Shown piece after piece: positions 61,530-64,000 of a DNA stretch of 64,000 nt. Below the pieces are notes generated by a model. The model was not told where the DNA came from. It saw nothing but the letters and a program-made list of their open reading frames with translations, and ran no database searches. The DNA lies in the IMG/VR virus record IMGVR_UViG_3300045988_046609; one strand, 5' to 3'. Made by a program: the position numbers and the translations under genes. Numbering within the stretch: the stretch's first letter is position 1; each line of letters starts with the position of its first letter. The stretch comes from a virus.

Positions 61530-64000
61530 ATGGCAAACATTAAAATATATGGTACCCTGGTTAATGATACTACAGATCCTAAGATAGTCAATACCGATCA
61601 AACTTGGGATAAAGATTTATAGAAGTACCAATCTGATATTAACCAGAGTACGAATAGCTTAAAAACAGAACTCGATGAAGAGATTGCTAGAGCTACTCAA
61701 GCAGAAAGAGACATATAGAATAGTGTGTCTGCAGAAACAGCAAGAGCTCAACAGGCAGAAGCAGATAATCTTGAAAAAATAAATAATGAAATAGCAAGAG
61801 CTAAATAGGCTGAAGAGACTAATGCTAAAGCTATTAAAGATGAATCAGATAGAGCTAAAGCTGCTGAGTCAAAGAATACTGATGCTATTAATACAGAAAT
61901 AAGTAGAGCACAAACTGCAGAGAATCAAATAATTGGTTCTGTATATTCCTTAGATAGTTATGTTAAAGAATCTATTACAGAATTAAAAGAATCAATTGGT
62001 AGTGATAGTGGTCTTTCTGATAGAATAGATGAAGTTGAGGCTGCATACAAAGCCGCAGATAATGCTTTAGGACAAAGAGTCACTGATGAAATTACTAGAG
62101 CTACTAATGCAGAAAATGCCAATACTAATAAAATTACTGCTGAGAAGAATCGTAATGACGCACAAGACACTTTAATAACTAATCTACAAGATAGTAAAGT
62201 AGCATCAGTAGAACTGATCTAGGATTAGTAGAATAGCTTGCATTACACATTAATGGTAGATTCTGTCAATGCTGGAGAAATTAGTATACCTAAAGATAGA
62301 TTCCTTAAAGAAGTTGTATATGATGCGGATACTACTAGTTTAGTATTCACTTTTGTAGCAGAAGATGGAGATTCTATAGTAAGGGTAAACATAGGGGATT
62401 TAGTAGATGTATATACTGCTGGAGATGGGTTACAACTTGCTGCATCTAACAAATTTAATGTAGTTATAGACTCTACATCAGATTCATATTTAACTGTAGG
62501 CCCTAATGGAGTAAAATTAATAGGTGTAGCTGCAGCTATTAATTCTGTTAGATCAGAGTTTGAAGAATCTAATTAGCAGTTGATAGGATCAATAGAAGCA
62601 GAAACTGCTAGAGCTACAGAGGTAGAGAATAACCTAGTAGGTCAAATACACGCACTAGATTCATAGAAACAAAACACACTTATAAGTGGTACTAACATAA
62701 AGACGGTTAATGGGGAATCTTTAGTTGGATCTGGTAACATTGAAATTACAGCAGGAGCTGGAGAAGTAGATGAAGCACCAAAGGATAATAAAAAATACGG
62801 TAGAAGAAATGCTGCATGGTCTGAGATTATTGAATTCTCTGGTAACTATAATGATTTAACTAATAAACCTACTATACCTGATACTAGTGCGTTAGCTACT
62901 AAGACAGAATTGAATAGTGGATTAGCCGGTAAACTTAGTTTATCTGGTGGTACTATGACTAATACTAATTTGGTCACTAATCTTAATGCAGAGCTACTTA
63001 ACGGTAAGCGATCTGTTTATTATTTCTAGGTATAGGAATCTGATATTACTACCGAACAAGCTAAAACATATTATAATAATTCTGTATTGACAACTAACTC
63101 TGATAATCTTGGTACTAATGAATATAATTTTGGACAATTCTTGTGCTTTAATAGACATCTATCTGTAACACACATATATATTCCAGATCTAGTTGACGGT
63201 AAAACAGATTATCACATATATGTCAGAAACGCATGGAATGGTAAGAATATGGACATGTCATAGGTTCCGTGGAGGCAAATTCCATGGAGAACAGATTTAA
63301 CTTGGGATACTATAACTAATAAACCTACGTTCTCCTCATCTTCTGTTGCTAATTCTGTAGCATAGAGAGACTCTTCATCTAGATTATGGGCAACTGGTTA
63401 TGTAGTATCTGGTTCAGATGGTAATTAGTTATTAACAGGTTCTGGAGTTACTAAATCAGTATTTGATTTCACTCGTTTTTTAGCTCCTAATAACATAGAT
63501 CAAGTAACCGGTTCATTTTTTGGGTATTATGATAGAGACAACACTGGACAGTTACCAATAACAGGAGAAAAAGGTAATATACTTTAGATAACTGATAATA
63601 CTGCATCATTGCCAGGTAGTAGTAATAATAATTCTTTGCAAATAGCTTTATCACACGGTAATGTAGACAATTTATACTTTAGAAGTTCGTTATCCAATAG
63701 CGGTTGGAACTCGTGGAAGAAATTAGTTACGTCATCTGATAAACTACCAACTCCATATGCATTGACATTTACTGGAGCTGTAACAGGAACTTGGGATGGA
63801 TCTGCAGCTAAAACAATTAACATACCAGCATCTGCATAGGGGCCTAAGGGAGATAAAGGAGATCCGGGTGAGAATGGTATAACACCAACTATTGGTTCCA
63901 ATGGTAACTGGTATTTAGGGGATACTAATACTGGTAAACCTTCTAGAGGTGAAACTGGACCTAAGGGGGATACAGGGCCTAAGGGAGATAAAGGAGATCC
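61530..64000 (+). CDS. Second large tail fibre protein (3' end outside window, ~15 TAG) with coiled-coil N-terminus and collagen-like G-X-Y repeats at the end
   Basis: ATG 61530 is in frame with ORFs 62238-62576 and 63609-63839. GPKGDKGDPGENG... from 63840. The 26-nt repeat gggcctaagggagataaaggagatcc occurs at 63840 and 63975. Confidence 0.7.

Noticed and set aside
1-64000. CRISPR arrays, integrase/lysogeny module, transposases, reverse transcriptase
   Set aside because: I saw no regularly spaced direct repeats with unique spacers. No ORF shows integrase, transposase or RT motifs. The short tandem repeats found are 11-12 bp promoter-like units, not CRISPR.
38112-64000. Alternative explanation of fragmented late genes as pseudogenes, sequencing errors or introns
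   Set aside because: The interruptions are always TAG, never TAA or TGA. They are always in frame and are spread over every late gene. They coincide with a CUA-anticodon tRNA in the same module. Random decay or introns would not give this pattern.

Overview
This window reads as a low-GC tailed-phage genome segment whose gene content and order resemble crAss-like (Crassvirales-type) Bacteroidota phages; that assignment is my inference from translated motifs, with no search run. There are three modules. (1) nt 1-4233 (+) is the 3' end of a giant late gene, ending at a convergent hairpin terminator. (2) nt 4286-32109 (-) is an early/replication block: PD-(D/E)XK nuclease, metallophosphoesterase, AAA+ ATPase, T7 endonuclease I-like resolvase, Toprim primase, SSB-like protein, Sak4-like ATPase, DnaB-like helicase, family B DNA polymerase, an ECF-type sigma factor and many small ORFs. 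(3) nt 32468-64000 (+) is a middle/late block: small proteins, a tRNA cluster, TerL, portal, putative MCP flanked by two homing endonucleases, and giant collagen-like tail fibres. The main signal is a module-specific genetic code. I hand-counted about 130 in-frame TAG codons in the + strand late genes, none of which ends in TAG. At least six - strand genes terminate in TAG. A canonical CUA-anticodon (amber suppressor, Gln-like) tRNA lies at 37361-37435, just upstream of the TAG-dense genes. Other unexplained features include a ~2.1 kb ORF-free, visibly GC-richer, hairpin-rich region (17547-19674). There are also three tRNA-like genes with non-canonical anticodon arms, an HNH gene inside a 1.7 kb non-coding island that carries a tRNA 3' fragment, disrupted nuclease genes, and recurrent intergenic motifs.
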